Assembly (NCBI GenBank): GCA_002269645.1
Contig: NIVC01001110.1
Span: 62,001 to 126,000 of the forward strand
Source: Macrostomum lignano
Taxonomy: Eukaryota
Length of the DNA: 64,000 nucleotides
Reading direction: 5' to 3'
This document shows positions 36,601 to 61,385 of the stretch, one piece after another. A model generated the notes under the pieces. That model was not told the origin of the DNA. It was given only the letters and a program-made list of their open reading frames with translations, and did not search any database. Position numbers and translations under genes: made by a program. Each line of letters begins with the position of its first letter. The first letter of the stretch is position 1.

Positions 36601-38288
36601 TCCTCAGGTTTAGTATCCACCCTCCCAGATCCTCAGACTGGGTTGCCACCCTCCCAGATCCTCAGGTTTAGTATCCACCCTCCCAGATCCTCAGGTTTAG
36701 TATCCACCCTCCCAGATCCTCAGGTTTAGTATCCACCCTCCCAGATCCTCAGACTGGGTTGCCACCCTCCCAGATCCTCAGGCTGAGTTGCCACCCTCCC
36801 AGATCCTCAGACTGAGTATCCACCCTCCCAGATCCTCAGGCTGAGTTGCCACCCTCCCAGATCCTCAGACTGAGTATCCACCCTCCCAGATCCTCAGGCT
36901 GAGTTGCCACCCTCCCAGATCCTCAGACGGGATTGCCACCCTCCAAGATTCTCAGGTTGAGTATCCACCCTCCCAGATCCTCAGACTGGGTTGCCACCCT
37001 CCCAGATCCTCAGACTGGGTTGCCACCCTCCCAGATCCTCAGACTGGGTTGCCACCCTCCCAGATCCTCAGACTGGGTTGCCACCCTCCCAGATCCTCAA
37101 GCTGTTCGCGGCCACCCTTCCAAATCCAGGTGAATTCTGTTTAACTTGTTTGAGCACTGGGTTAGAGCACTAGAGCACTGTTAGAGGAGTTTCAACAGAA
37201 ACATCTGATAACCGCGGCTTAACCAACCCGCAGGCGGCTCCCACCCCAAGCCAGCTCATGCAGCTGCAGCAGCAGCAGATTGCTAAGCGTCAACAGGATC
37301 GCGAAGCCGCTGCGAAAGCTGCCAAAGCCGCCGCCGCCGCAGCCGCGGCCAGCGCATCAACTTCAACAGATGCCAGTTCGGCCCCGTCAGCATCTGGCGA
37401 CTCTTCATCAGCTGCGACAGCAGCAGCAGCAGCTGCTGTCACGCAGCACAGCCGGCCAGCAGCGGCCCTAACGATTGACGAGTACAAAAAGCGGCGTCAA
37501 AACGACGCGGCAGCAGCGGCGCAGTCGGCTGCTGGCGCCGGCAAGCCTTCCGGCCCGGCTTATCATCATCATCAGCAGCAGCAGCAGCAGCGACAGCAGC
37601 TTCCTTGGTTGCAGCATCACAGGTGAGTGCAATAAATTGACTCATACGTTTGGCTCTTGCCTTGAGCATTGGCATCTCATCAACCCCTCCCCCCTTGAGC
37701 ATTGGCATCTCCTCAACCCCCCCCCCTTGAGCATTGGCATCTCATCAATCCCCCCTTGAGCATTGGCATCTTATCAATCCCCCCTTTGAGCATTGGCATC
37801 TCATCAATTCCCCCTTGAGCATTGGCATCTTATCAACCCCCCTGAGCATTGGCATCTCATCAATTCCCCCTTGAGCATTGGCATCTCATCAATTCCCCCT
37901 TTAAGCCCTATTTACTATATGTGACAAACGATTTAATCCAATCCAATTTTTACACAGGCAACAGCAGCAGCAATCGCAGCTGCAACAGCAGCATCACAAT
38001 AATCATCAGCATCATTCGCATCATTCTGGCCAGCATCCGCATCATTCTGGCCAGCATCCGAATCATCATTATCGTCAACAGCAGCATCAGCATCATCATC
38101 ATCATTCGCGTCCGGGTCTGTCCGGCTCAGCATCCTCGTCGGCCTCCGGATCAGCCGTCGTGCCGCCCAGCCTCTCCGGTTCGAAGCGACCGCACCACGC
38201 CGTGCCCGGCGATTTCTCTTCGTCAGCTGGCGACGCCAATCAGTCTAAAAAGCACAAACCTAGCCTGCCTCACTACTTTACTAAGTAG
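18699..38288 (+). CDS. CCNT: Cyclin T (P-TEFb regulatory subunit); exons 18699-18877, 34363-34561, 34757-35185, 37234-37622, 37958-38288 (1527 nt, 508 aa)
   Basis: The spliced cyclin box reads [17 protein letters not shown]|[16 protein letters not shown]...[18 protein letters not shown]...[19 protein letters not shown]...NLLHLT...WSNTDLP...[10 protein letters not shown]. This parallels cyclin T ([62 protein letters not shown]). All four introns are GT-AG with matching phases (2,0,0,2). The C-terminus is Ala/Gln/His-rich. Confidence 0.85.
19109..21828 (-). mobile_element. Complete Mutator-like (MULE) DNA transposon, 2720 bp, inside cyclin T intron 1
   Basis: Imperfect ~38-bp TIRs: left GGTTGATGGTCATTTCGTCTGCCGCCTTTTCGTCTGCC, right (reverse complement) GGTCTGTGGTCGTTTCGTCTGCCGCCTTTTTGTTTGCC. 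Identical 8-bp TSD TATAAAGA at 19101-19108 and 21829-21836. The transposase gene is internal. Confidence 0.92.
19662..21544 (-). CDS. PHD finger - Ala/Glu repeat - FLYWCH-like - MULE DDE transposase; exons 21544-21445 and 21295-19662 (577 aa)
   Basis: MULE motifs FLDGTF, MVDFE, GCVFH and [10 protein letters not shown] are present. The FLYWCH-like finger reads GFIL...YWKC...CSGSV...H...H. The upstream 100-nt exon ([33 protein letters not shown]) joins via a 149-nt gtaagt..ttgcag phase-1 intron to [23 protein letters not shown], completing a C4-H-C3 PHD pattern. Confidence 0.88.
22385..22672 (-). mobile_element. 5'-truncated non-LTR retrotransposon 3' end (ORF2 C-terminal remnant plus 3' UTR)
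   Basis: Minus-strand 22672-22532 reads [46 protein letters not shown]. This resembles the second half of the ORF2 CCHC knuckle and the terminal L..FI..SG of I/R1/Tad-type LINEs. The putative 3' UTR contains a CCCCCAAGG...CCTTGGGGG hairpin. Clade assignment is by recollection, not by alignment. Confidence 0.5.
24490..27930. repeat. ~23-bp satellite AAAGAGCCACCATGTCAAACATT interleaved with the variant ATACATGACTCCATGTCAAACAT (Helitron copy 1; second array at ~29215-31410)
   Basis: Visible directly. Confidence 0.95.
28020..28470. repeat. 18/19-bp satellite GGGGGATGCTTGCTATCT (also at ~31070-31210 and ~31530-31790)
   Basis: Visible directly. Confidence 0.95.
28617..31929 (+). mobile_element. 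Non-autonomous Helitron, copy 2, fused head-to-tail to copy 1
   Basis: Begins TCCCATATACTAAAAATGAG immediately after the CTAG of copy 1 and repeats the same ~590-bp unique 5' body. Ends with the hairpin CCCCC-AAC-GGGGG(G) at 31903-31916 and CTAG|T. Confidence 0.75.
33355..34045 (+). mobile_element. Diverged partial relic of the same Helitron 5' body
   Basis: Shares recognisable blocks with copies 1 and 2 (AAGGGATTAAATATTCGAAAA, GCAAAGGTCAA, GATTGCATCACAAC, ACAGACTG.ACTGCTAATG). No termini were found and the boundaries are approximate. Confidence 0.6.
33649..33820. mobile_element. 172-bp palindromic MITE, hAT-like, nested in the Helitron relic
   Basis: An 8-bp direct repeat AGACTTGA flanks it at 33641-33648 and 33821-33828. 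Both ends begin CAT. The ~60-bp inverted arms include a perfect TTTCTATTGGCAACACACACATGTAAGTCGCTATTGG core. Confidence 0.7.
35365..36035. repeat. 21-bp G-rich minisatellite AGGGTGAACAGGAGGGGTGGT in cyclin T intron 3
   Basis: Visible directly. Confidence 0.95.
36355..37100. repeat. 29-bp minisatellite CCACCCTCCCAGATCCTCAGACTGGGTTG in cyclin T intron 3
   Basis: Visible directly. Confidence 0.95.
37660..37900. repeat. ~28-30-bp tandem CCCCTTGAGCATTGGCATCTCATCAAT in cyclin T intron 4
   Basis: Visible directly. Confidence 0.9.
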
Positions 38289-38328
38289 CAAGTTTATATA
38301 GTAGCCAATTAACTGGGTGGTTGCTTAA

Positions 38329-40869
38329 CCCTCGAACGTTGGGGAAAACAATTGTCGGTTTATTATATTTGGGGTCCAATGGACCCCTCTGAGTTGATGC
38401 ATGTTAACAATGCTTTATTGATTATTTATTGTTCAAAGCAAAAAACTACCAATACAATGGCGAACGTAATACATTAGTCGCATATTATCTCAAGAACATA
38501 GCAACTGATTCAGGTACTTTCTAAATGAAATTAGGCAATGAAGCTGAGAGTACTGATTAGTATTTGCTAATTACTAATTATTGTAACTGCAGTGTAACTA
38601 CATGTATAATGAATAATGTCTTGCAATTCTACGAATATATTGGAACACGAAGGATAAAGCAGAATTTGTCAGTAAATAGCACACGAAAAGAATTATCTCA
38701 CTCTGCAGGCTCCCCCATGCATTCGAGGCAGACTGACTGCAGGTGCCCCGAGCAACAGTACCGTTGGCAGGTAGTGCAGCGTGTGCGAGTTTTGCGATCA
38801 GCAGAGCGGCTACACATGTGGCATCTTCCCTTTGGCACTGATGCAACTGGGCGCTGAGGATGATTCTGACGTGCTCCTCTCTGGCCAGGCTGTTGCTTCA
38901 GCAGTGCCATTCCAAGTGCTCTCAGAAACAGCCTTCTTCGATGGGGCACTGCACCGTAGCTGTCTGGGAAGACAGCCTGGTGGAGGTAATAGGCGTTAAG
39001 GCATGCAATGTTTAGCACATTGCAAAACACGGCTACATGCCATCGTCGTGACTTGTACTTCACTGAGTAGCACATCGTCATCTGGTCCATCAAGTCCGTG
39101 CCTCCTTTAGTCTTATTGTAGTCCAGAATTGCTTGCGGCTTTCTTGTTGCGTTGTTAGACACCGCGGGACTTCTGTGCTGGCTAGAGAGTAGTAGTACAA
39201 GCTTATTGGGTTTCGCCTTGTAAGCAAGCAGTTGGATCTGATCTTCAGTTGTGTAAACAAACTCAGTTGAGTACAGCTCACGTCCTTGATGGTTTCGCAT
39301 CTCCAGCGGCACTTCCCGTCTGTGCAGCCGTATTGAACCTAGCAGCGACATATTCCTTTGCAGTAAATATCTTGCTAGTGCTAGAGAGCAGAAGAAATTG
39401 TCGACGGTCACTCCAATTCCTGATCCTTGTAACCCTTCCGTCAACTTCAAAACGACGTGCTCACCAAGGCTTGCCTCACGCTCTTCCTCGCGGCCAACAT
39501 ACATATTGATATTCCAGCAGTACCCAGTAGCCGCATCGTTTAGGCACCAGAACTTCAGCCCATACTTGGCAGGCTTCTTTGGCATGTACTGTATGTAGCT
39601 GCATCTTCCTCTATAGGGAAACAGCTGTTCGTCTACAGTAACAGCTTCATTAGGAAAGTAACTCTTCTGTGAGTTCTGGACAAGTCCGTCAAGCAGCAAC
39701 CTCACAGCGGCAAGCTTATCTCTTTGCAGTCGCGCATTTCGAGTTTCGCGGTTGTCAAATCGCAGAAATCGGCGAATAGTCTTGAAGCGCGTCAAAGACA
39801 TGGAGTTCTTGAAAACCTTTCTTCCGAATTCCTCACTCCAGAGCTCATCGATGCTCTCCATGCTTCCTTTGAATACTCCGCGAAGAATGTTTAGGCCAAT
39901 GAAGGCATTGATTTCCTCTCTGGTAGTTGGATTCCAAGCATTTCCAAGAACTCTCCTAGCTTCGCGGTTGGTCTCTATCACAATTGTGTCAACCATGTCA
40001 TTGTCAAAGATGACGTGGAAAGCCGACTCTTCATCATGAATGCGTGCTGCAGCGTAAGCTGTGATTCCTGGTCTATTGCGCAAGATGTTACAGGCTGGCC
40101 TCTGTCCAGGACGTGAAGTTTCATGGTGCCATACTTGACCACTAGGACTGCGATAACTTCTTTCAACATCACCAGCAGCAGCTGCGGCAGCAACAGGTGA
40201 TGCTGGCCTTGATGAATCACTAGATGCGTCTTCAACATCGGGCAAATCAATATCTTGTTCGGCTTCAGCAATATCCGAAAGAGCCTCGTCTTCGTCCGAT
40301 ACTTCAGCGTCAATATGGGCTTCTGGGTGAGCAACTGGTTGGTTCATAATCACTTCAAGAGCTCTAGACTTAGCAGCTCTTACGACCATCGGTCTAGAAG
40401 AAGCCATTTTGCAAATTTTCGCAAATACTTGCTGAGTAAATGCTTGGTATAGTAGTTTTCTCTATGAATCAGCTGGAAAATCTTTTGTTATAGAATAGCT
40501 ATTTTCACAAGATTAGGGCAAGAGGGTGCTCCTTATATACCCATCAGCTATATATAGAATATTCTAGAAATAGAAAATATTAGAAAGTTTAGAAAATATT
40601 GAACCGCCCCAACCGACTTTATGTGTTTCAACTATATAAATATAGAAAATTAGTTACGGGGTCCACTGGACCCCAAGAACCCCCAATATAATAAGTTCAC
40701 TTGGTGAACTGGGCTTATATAAAATAAGAACAACGATGCTTATACGGTTGAAAACCTTCAAAAATAATAATTCTCCTAGCATCTGGTTGTTTTAACATAA
40801 TATTTAGTATGATTTAATTCTAACTAAAGATACCGTTGGGGTCCAATGGACCCCAAAATCTTTCGAGGG
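38329..40869 (-). mobile_element. Complete piggyBac DNA transposon, 2541 bp
   Basis: TTAA on both sides (38325-38328, 40870-40873). Short TIRs CCCTCGAA(C/A)G. Three internal 17-bp palindromes GGGGTCCA(A/C)TGGACCCC. Contains an intact transposase ORF. Confidence 0.95.
38698..40407 (-). CDS. piggyBac (PGBD4-like) DDD transposase, 569 aa, uninterrupted
   Basis: Catalytic motifs VTVDEQL, KPAKYGLKFW, VTVDNFF and YNKTKGGTDLMDQM. C-terminal Cys-rich domain CHMC...CTTC...CCSGH...CLEC. Acidic, low-complexity N-terminus. Confidence 0.95.
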   Translation of the reverse strand: MASSRPMVVRAAKSRALEVIMNQPVAHPEAHIDAEVSDEDEALSDIAEAEQDIDLPDVEDASSDSSRPASPVAAAAAAGDVERSYRSPSGQVWHHETSRPGQRPACNILRNRPGITAYAAARIHDEESAFHVIFDNDMVDTIVIETNREARRVLGNAWNPTTREEINAFIGLNILRGVFKGSMESIDELWSEEFGRKVFKNSMSLTRFKTIRRFLRFDNRETRNARLQRDKLAAVRLLLDGLVQNSQKSYFPNEAVTVDEQLFPYRGRCSYIQYMPKKPAKYGLKFWCLNDAATGYCWNINMYVGREEEREASLGEHVVLKLTEGLQGSGIGVTVDNFFCSLALARYLLQRNMSLLGSIRLHRREVPLEMRNHQGRELYSTEFVYTTEDQIQLLAYKAKPNKLVLLLSSQHRSPAVSNNATRKPQAILDYNKTKGGTDLMDQMTMCYSVKYKSRRWHVAVFCNVLNIACLNAYYLHQAVFPDSYGAVPHRRRLFLRALGMALLKQQPGQRGARQNHPQRPVASVPKGRCHMCSRSADRKTRTRCTTCQRYCCSGHLQSVCLECMGEPAE

Positions 40870-41272
40870 TTAATAACGGACGTTTTGTTTTCTTTATAAT
40901 TTCTCTTACGCTGGGTCGTGCTTTGGCTTTGATTTAGAATTAACCACAGATGCTCGAATAGCTAGGTTTGTCAATCGCAAAAATGAGCTTTTTGCGTTTT
41001 TATTAAGTAAAATATTTCATTGAATTTGTCAAAAACTTTTGGTAGCTGCAATAACAAGCAGACTCATAAATTAAGCATCTTCATCCTGTTTTTCTGACTC
41101 CAGACTGCCCCAGGCTCAAAATTATTTTACAAGAAACCAATTTAAGTTTGAAGTCTGTTGGAGAACTTGAAAAACCAAATCTAGTGCGTGTGCATCGCGA
41201 GCAAGAGAAAAGAGGGACACCCCATCCCCAGCCCAAACAGTGGACTGTCAGACTTTGGCCCTCTCCTTAGGT

Positions 41273-41585
41273 CCTTACTGCTCTCTCATTGGCTGAGCTG
41301 GAATTAGGCCTGCCCCCCCCCGCTAGGCTGTTTTGTTCGTCCAACTTTGACCTCTCTCCTTACTGCTCTCTCATTGGCTGAGCTGGAATTGGGCCTGCCC
41401 CCCACTAGGACGTTTTGTTTGTCTAACTTTGACCTCTCTCCTTACTGCTCTCTCATTGGCTGAGCTGGAATTGGGCCTGCCCCCCACCAGGACGTTTTGT
41501 TTGTCTAACTATAATCTCTCTCTCCTTACTGCTCTCTCATTGGCTGAGTTGAAATTGGCCTGTCCCTAAACTGAGTTTTGTCTAT
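41273..41585. repeat. ~83-bp unit x4 (CCTTACTGCTCTCTCATTGGCTGAGCTGGAATTGGGCCTGCCCC...)
   Basis: Unit starts at 41273, 41358, 41440 and 41524. Confidence 0.9.
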
Positions 41586-42149
41586 CTTACGTGATTTATT
41601 CTTAACCTTAGAAACCTTAACCTTGGCTGCAAACCTCAGCCAACCCCGAAAAAGGAAATGAAATTTTAACTGCCACAATATATTTAAGTGACTCTGCGCA
41701 GAAAAACTACTGGAAAAAGTGTAGACGATGTACTTTTTCACAACTTTTTTCGCGACTGACATATCCAGTTAATATACGAGTAGTATCTGTGGCATTAGCT
41801 AGATTAGATTAGAAAGATTTATAATTACTCGTACATGCGAGTTCATGTACCGTGAAATTGGTAGCTACTGTCTGTGTGTGCTTTTTTATATATTCTGCTT
41901 GTGTTTTCTCTCTGTGTTGACTTGTCTTATTCAGTACGTGTTAATTTATTATTTATGTAGAATTACAGAAAACTGCTATTAATTGACCTGCTGGATAACG
42001 TCTGAGCCGCTGTAAAATTATAAACTACCAGTGTGATTATGTCTCAGTACAAACAATACAAACTGCACAGATCATATAGAGACTATCATCACTCTTAAGT
42101 CTCCAAGGAATTTGAAAATATTCACAGTAAATCGCTCCATTGGCAGCAT

Positions 42150-43750
42150 TGCCTTAGCAACTGTACCATTCCCTTAGCAACTGTACCATTCCCTTAGCAA
42201 CTGTACCATTCCCTTAGTAACTGTACCATTCCCTTAGCAACTGTACCATTCCCTTAGCAACTATACCATTCCTTTAATAACAGTACCATTCCCTTAGCAA
42301 CGTACCATTCCCTTAGCAACGTACCATTCCCTTAGCAACGTACCATTCCCTTAGCAACTGTACCATTCCCTTAGCAACTGTACCATTCCCTTAGCAACTG
42401 TACCATTCCCTTAGCAACTGTACCATTCCCTTAGCAACTGTACCATTCCCTTAGCAACTGTACCATTCCTTTAATAACTGTACCATTCCCTTAGCAACTG
42501 TACCATTCCCTTAGCAACTGTACCATTCCCTTAGCAACTATACCATTCCCTTAGCAACTGTACCATTCCTTTAATAACTGTACCATTCCCTTAGCAACTG
42601 TACCATTCCCTTAGCAACTGTACCATTCCCTTAGTAACTGTACCATTCCCTTAGCAACTGTACCATTCCCTTAGCAACTGTACCATTCCCTTAGCAACTG
42701 TACCATTCCTTTAATAACTGTACCATTCCCTTAGCAACTGTACCATTCCCTTAGCAACTGTACCATTCCCTTAGCAACTATACCATTCCCTTAGCAACTG
42801 TACCATTCCTTTAATAACTGTACCATTCCCTTAGCAACTGTACCATTCCCTTAGCAACTGTACCATTCCCTTAGCAACTGTACCATTCCTTTAATAACTG
42901 TACCATTCCCTTAGCAACTGTACCATTCCCTTAGCAACTGTACCATTCCCTTAGCAACTATACCATTCCCTTAGCAACTGTACCATTCCTTTAATAACTG
43001 TACCATTCCCTTAGCAACTGTACCATTCCCTTAGCAACTGTACCATTCCCTTAGTAACTGTACCATTCCCTTAGCAACTGTACCATTCCCTTAGCAACTG
43101 TACCATTCCCTTAGCAACTGTACCATTCCCTTAGCGACTGTACCATTCCTTTAATAACTGTACCATTCCCTTAGCAACTGTAACATTCCCTTAGCAACTG
43201 TACCATTCCCTTAGCAACTGTACCATTCCCTTAGCAACAGTACCATTCCCTTAGCAACTATACCATTACCTTAGCAACTGTACCATTCCCTTAGCAACAG
43301 TACCATTCCCTTAGCAACTATACCATTACCTTAGCAACTGTACCATTACCTTAGCAACTGTACCATTCCCTTAGCAACTGTACCATTCCCTTAGCAACTA
43401 TACCATTCCCTTAGCAACTATACCATTACCTTAGCAACTGTACCATTCCCTTAGCAACTATACCATTCCCTTAGCAACTATACCATTACCTTAGCAACTG
43501 TACCATTCCCTTAGCAACTATACCATTCCCTTAGCAACTATACCATTACCTTAGCAACTGTACCATTCCCTTAGCAACTATACCATTACCTTAGCAACTA
43601 TACCATTACCTTAGCAACTATACCATTACCTTAGCAACTGTACCATTCCCTTAGCAACTGTACCATACCCTTAGCATCTGTACCGTTTCCATAGCAACTG
43701 TACCATAACCTTAGCAACTGTACCATACCGTTTCCATAGCAACTGTACCA
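42150..43750. repeat. 20-bp minisatellite CCATTCCCTTAGCAACTGTA
   Basis: Visible directly, ~1.6 kb. Confidence 0.97.
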
Positions 43751-45011
43751 TCCCAAAGAAGTGCAAAAAAGCGTCGGAAAGTAAAGCGAAAGCAATTATT
43801 TTCTTCCAAATATCGCTAGATCAGTCCTTGCTGTATACAGTTAAAATTACCTAAAAAATCAAACAGGTCAATAGGATTAAATTATGCATTAATTATCTTG
43901 CTTAATTGCGTTACTGTTGCGTGTTTCACAGCATTTCTTTAATTATAAATATGAAGCATTATCTGTCTCATTTGTTCCACCCCTAACCTGCTTGTGGATG
44001 AATTATAAAAAAGGAATAAAAGTTATAAAAAAGCATAATCACTATCCAGCACCGCTGCGTTTACCTGTCTGTTCGTAAATTGCCAAAAAATCTTCAAAAA
44101 CATAAAAGTTACACATATTTTTGTTTTCTTTTCGTTTATAAATTTTTGTACTTGGCCACAGTCGTGTTGTAATTCGCAGTGTATGCTATGTTCACTGCTG
44201 CTATAGTAATATATGTTTGTAATAACAATAATAATATTATTATTACCGATAAAACGCCGACTGGAAGCGAATATTTAATTATATTGCTGAGGCGGCTCAG
44301 TGCAGGACAAATAAAGAATCCCAAGTTAATAATTTTGGACATTTTCAGTCCAAAAAATGATTATGCCGAATCTGCACTTTATTCATTTTATGTAGATTTT
44401 ATAAGTTAGTAGTTCTCACATAGCCATTAAAATAGAGCTCTACAATAGAAGTTCTTATTGGCTCGTGGAATTCTCAAGGACTACTACTTACTTAAGTAGA
44501 AAGATGGGAATCTTGGAAGTTTTTAGGTGGTAGGTATTTCAGAAAAAAATACACTACGGAGATAGGAAGTTTTCACTTGAGCTTAAAAAGTTTATTACTT
44601 TCGATGGGAGGCAGACCCATTGTTCATCTTTTGATATGTTGGTCAGTCTTATAGCTCTATTGATATTTATAGAGTCTTTCGTCTAGAAAATTAAGACAAT
44701 TAGAAAGTTACAGATATCTCCGTAGTGTTTTTCCCAAGGGGGCTTGGGAATTCTACATATAAAAATACAATAGGAAGGCTGGAACAGTGAAACATGAATA
44801 GGCCTTTAATATTCTTAGAAATCAAGTGCTTTGATGGTTTTATAGCTGATCTAGCGAGCACAGTCCATTATTGAATTATTAGTTTAAAATTTCTATTTAA
44901 CAAACAAACAAAATTGCAGGAAAAACCAAAGCAGATAGAAGCCAAAGGCGGTCGTTTTGTTGGCCCGCTAAATCTTCTCTTGACTGTGTTGCTCAATGTT
45001 TTTGTGTTCAG

Positions 45012-45447
45012 ATTTCTGCCGCCAATCACTGCGCCCTGGCTGCTGCCAGCTACTGTTAGTAGTGCTATTAGTAGTGGCGATGACGTCAGTAGAGCCGCTG
45101 GTCTGAGTGTGGCCGCCACTTGGCTGGCGCCGCCGGCTCTGATGGCGGCTGTGCTGCCCGCGGCGTCCCGCAGCCTGCCAGTTCTTGGGGACACCTTCGC
45201 CACTGAGTCGCTGGTGCACAGTCTGCTGACGCTGATCAACATGCTGGCCGGCGCCGCGGCTGCTCCTCGCCTGCTGCTGCCCCTGCTGCCGTTGTTCTCC
45301 ATCTATTACTGCCTGTGCCGCTTGCTCTGCCTGCTGACTGGCTGGCTGGCTCCCGGTCGGCTGCCTCTGGTGCAGTTTGCCCGACTGTTTGTGCCTAATG
45401 TGTTGCTGCTCATCTTTAACTGCTATGCCGCTCTGGCTGGGCTTTGA
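45012..45447 (+). CDS. Probable terminal exon of an unidentified multi-pass membrane protein (~144 codons)
   Basis: A GC-rich, CTG-rich, strongly hydrophobic open frame follows a ttgtgttcag acceptor (45011) and ends in TGA. Upstream exon(s) were not identified. Confidence 0.5.
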
Positions 45448-45461
45448 CTGCCCGCGTGCTT

Positions 45462-45800
45462 ATAGTTGGGGGTTCATCTGAGGTCACCGATAGTTGGGGG
45501 TTCATCTGAGGTCACCGATAGTTGTGGCTTCATCTGAGGTCACCGATAGTTGTGGCTTCATCTGAGGTCACCGATAGTTGTGGCTTCATCTGAGGTCACC
45601 GATAGTTGTGGCTTCATCTGAGGTCACTGATAGTTGTGGCTTCATCTGAGGTCACCGATAGTTGTGGCTTCATCTAAGGTCACTTATAGTTGTGGCTTCA
45701 TCTAAGGTCACCGATAGTTGTGGCTTCATCTGAGGTCACCGATAGTTGTAGGTTCATCTAAGGTCACTGATATCTGTTGGCTCATCTGAGGTCACAAATA
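45462..45800. repeat. 28-bp minisatellite TTCATCTGAGGTCACCGATAGTTGTGGC
   Basis: Visible directly; starts about 15 nt after the membrane-protein stop codon. Confidence 0.93.
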
Positions 45801-46324
45801 GTCGGCTCATCCAAGGGCACTTATTGGCACTTGTTCATATTAGGGCACTTAACCCTTAAGTAAGATTTAATTGTAATATTACAATGGTGCTATAATGCAC
45901 CAGAAATGATTCAAATTTGTAAAAAATGTTTTTCTCTACAAAATTTTTTTCTATTGTGATTCTTCCCTTAATCGCTATTACCAATTTCTCGTAGCATTTT
46001 GCGAAGATTAAAATTTTTTGTTTTACTGATTCTTTTTTACTTGAGTCAGTTTTCTGATATGCTTAGCGACAATCTAATAAATAAAAAAGCGATGGCAGAT
46101 AGTTAATATTTTTTTCTTTCTAATTAACAATATCTCTCTTATTGAGTCTGACTAAATTTTTGTAGCTTTACTCCTTTGACCTGGGCACGAATGTAGACTA
46201 TTAAAGCAGGGTCCCACTCACTTTTTAACATTTAGAGAGCGTAATAACTTATTTTTCTTCAAATTCGGCTTTCTTTATAAAGTGGCTCCCTCTGAAGACT
46301 GATAGTTTAAGAAAAAAAGACAGG

Positions 46325-47060
46325 TAGGTAGAAAAATAGATAGGTGGGTGGGTGAGTTGGTAGACAGATGATTGGTAGATAGATGGGTGGGTAGATAGAC
46401 GGGTGGGTAGATAGATAGGTTGGTAGATAGATGGGTGGGTAGATAGACGGGTGGGTAGATAGATAGGTTGGTAGATAGATGGGTTGGTAGATAGATGGGT
46501 TGGTAAATAGATCGGTTGGTAGATAGATGGATTGGTAGATATATGGGTTGGTAGATAGATCGGTTGGTAGATATATGGGTTGGTAGATAGATGGATTGGT
46601 AGATATATGGGTTGGTAGATAGATCGGTTGGTAGATAGATGGATTGGTAGATATATGGGTTGGTAAATAGATAGGTTGGTAGATAGATGGGTTGGTAAAT
46701 AGATGGGTTGGTAGATAGATGGGTTGGTAGATATATGGGTTGGTAGATAGATCGGTTGGTAGATAGATGGATTGGTAGATATATGGGTTGGTAAATAGAT
46801 AGGTTGGTAGATAGATGGGTTGGTAAATAGATGGGTTGGTAGATAGATGGGTTGGTAAATAGATCGGTTGGTAGATAGATGGATTGGTAGATAGATGGGT
46901 TGGTAGATATATGGGTTGGTAAATAGATAGGTTGGTAGATAAATGGATTGGTAGATGGATGGGTTGGTAGATAGATGGGTTGGTAAATAGATGGGTTGGT
47001 AGATAGATGGGTTGGTAAATAGATGGTTTGGTAGATAGATGGATGGATGGGTGGGTGGGT
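46325..47060. repeat. 16-bp tandem AGATAGATGGGTTGGT upstream of DHX9
   Basis: Visible directly. Confidence 0.93.
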
Positions 47061-47189
47061 AGAGACCATGGTATATGGATAGTTGTGTAGATGGATTGGC
47101 AGTTAGACTGGAGACTGGGAAGTTACAGACTTATAACAGATTCAAGCCTAGCCTCCAATCCGATCCAATTGTGCGGCAATTGCAGCCTC

Positions 47190-61040
<13,851 letters not shown>

Positions 61041-61084
61041 TGATGAGGATAGCGAATTTGCATATATCATCCACGAGCTGCTGC

Positions 61085-61385
61085 TGATAATGGTGATGAT
61101 GGTGATAATGATGAGAATTATTATGATTGGGATTATAATGATGATAATAATGATGATTATGATGATAATGATGATGATTGTGATTATAATGATGATAATA
61201 ATGATTATGATGATAATGATGGTAATAAAAATAATAATGATGATAATGGGGATTATGATGAAGATGATAATAACGATAGTAATGATGATGATAACGATGA
61301 TAATGATGATGATCGTGATGATTATTATGATGATGATAGTGATTATAATGATTGTTATTATTATTATTTATTATTAAAGTAATAT
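61085..61385. repeat. Compound (ATG/ATA/ATT)n microsatellite after the DHX9 stop codon
   Basis: Visible directly. Confidence 0.9.
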
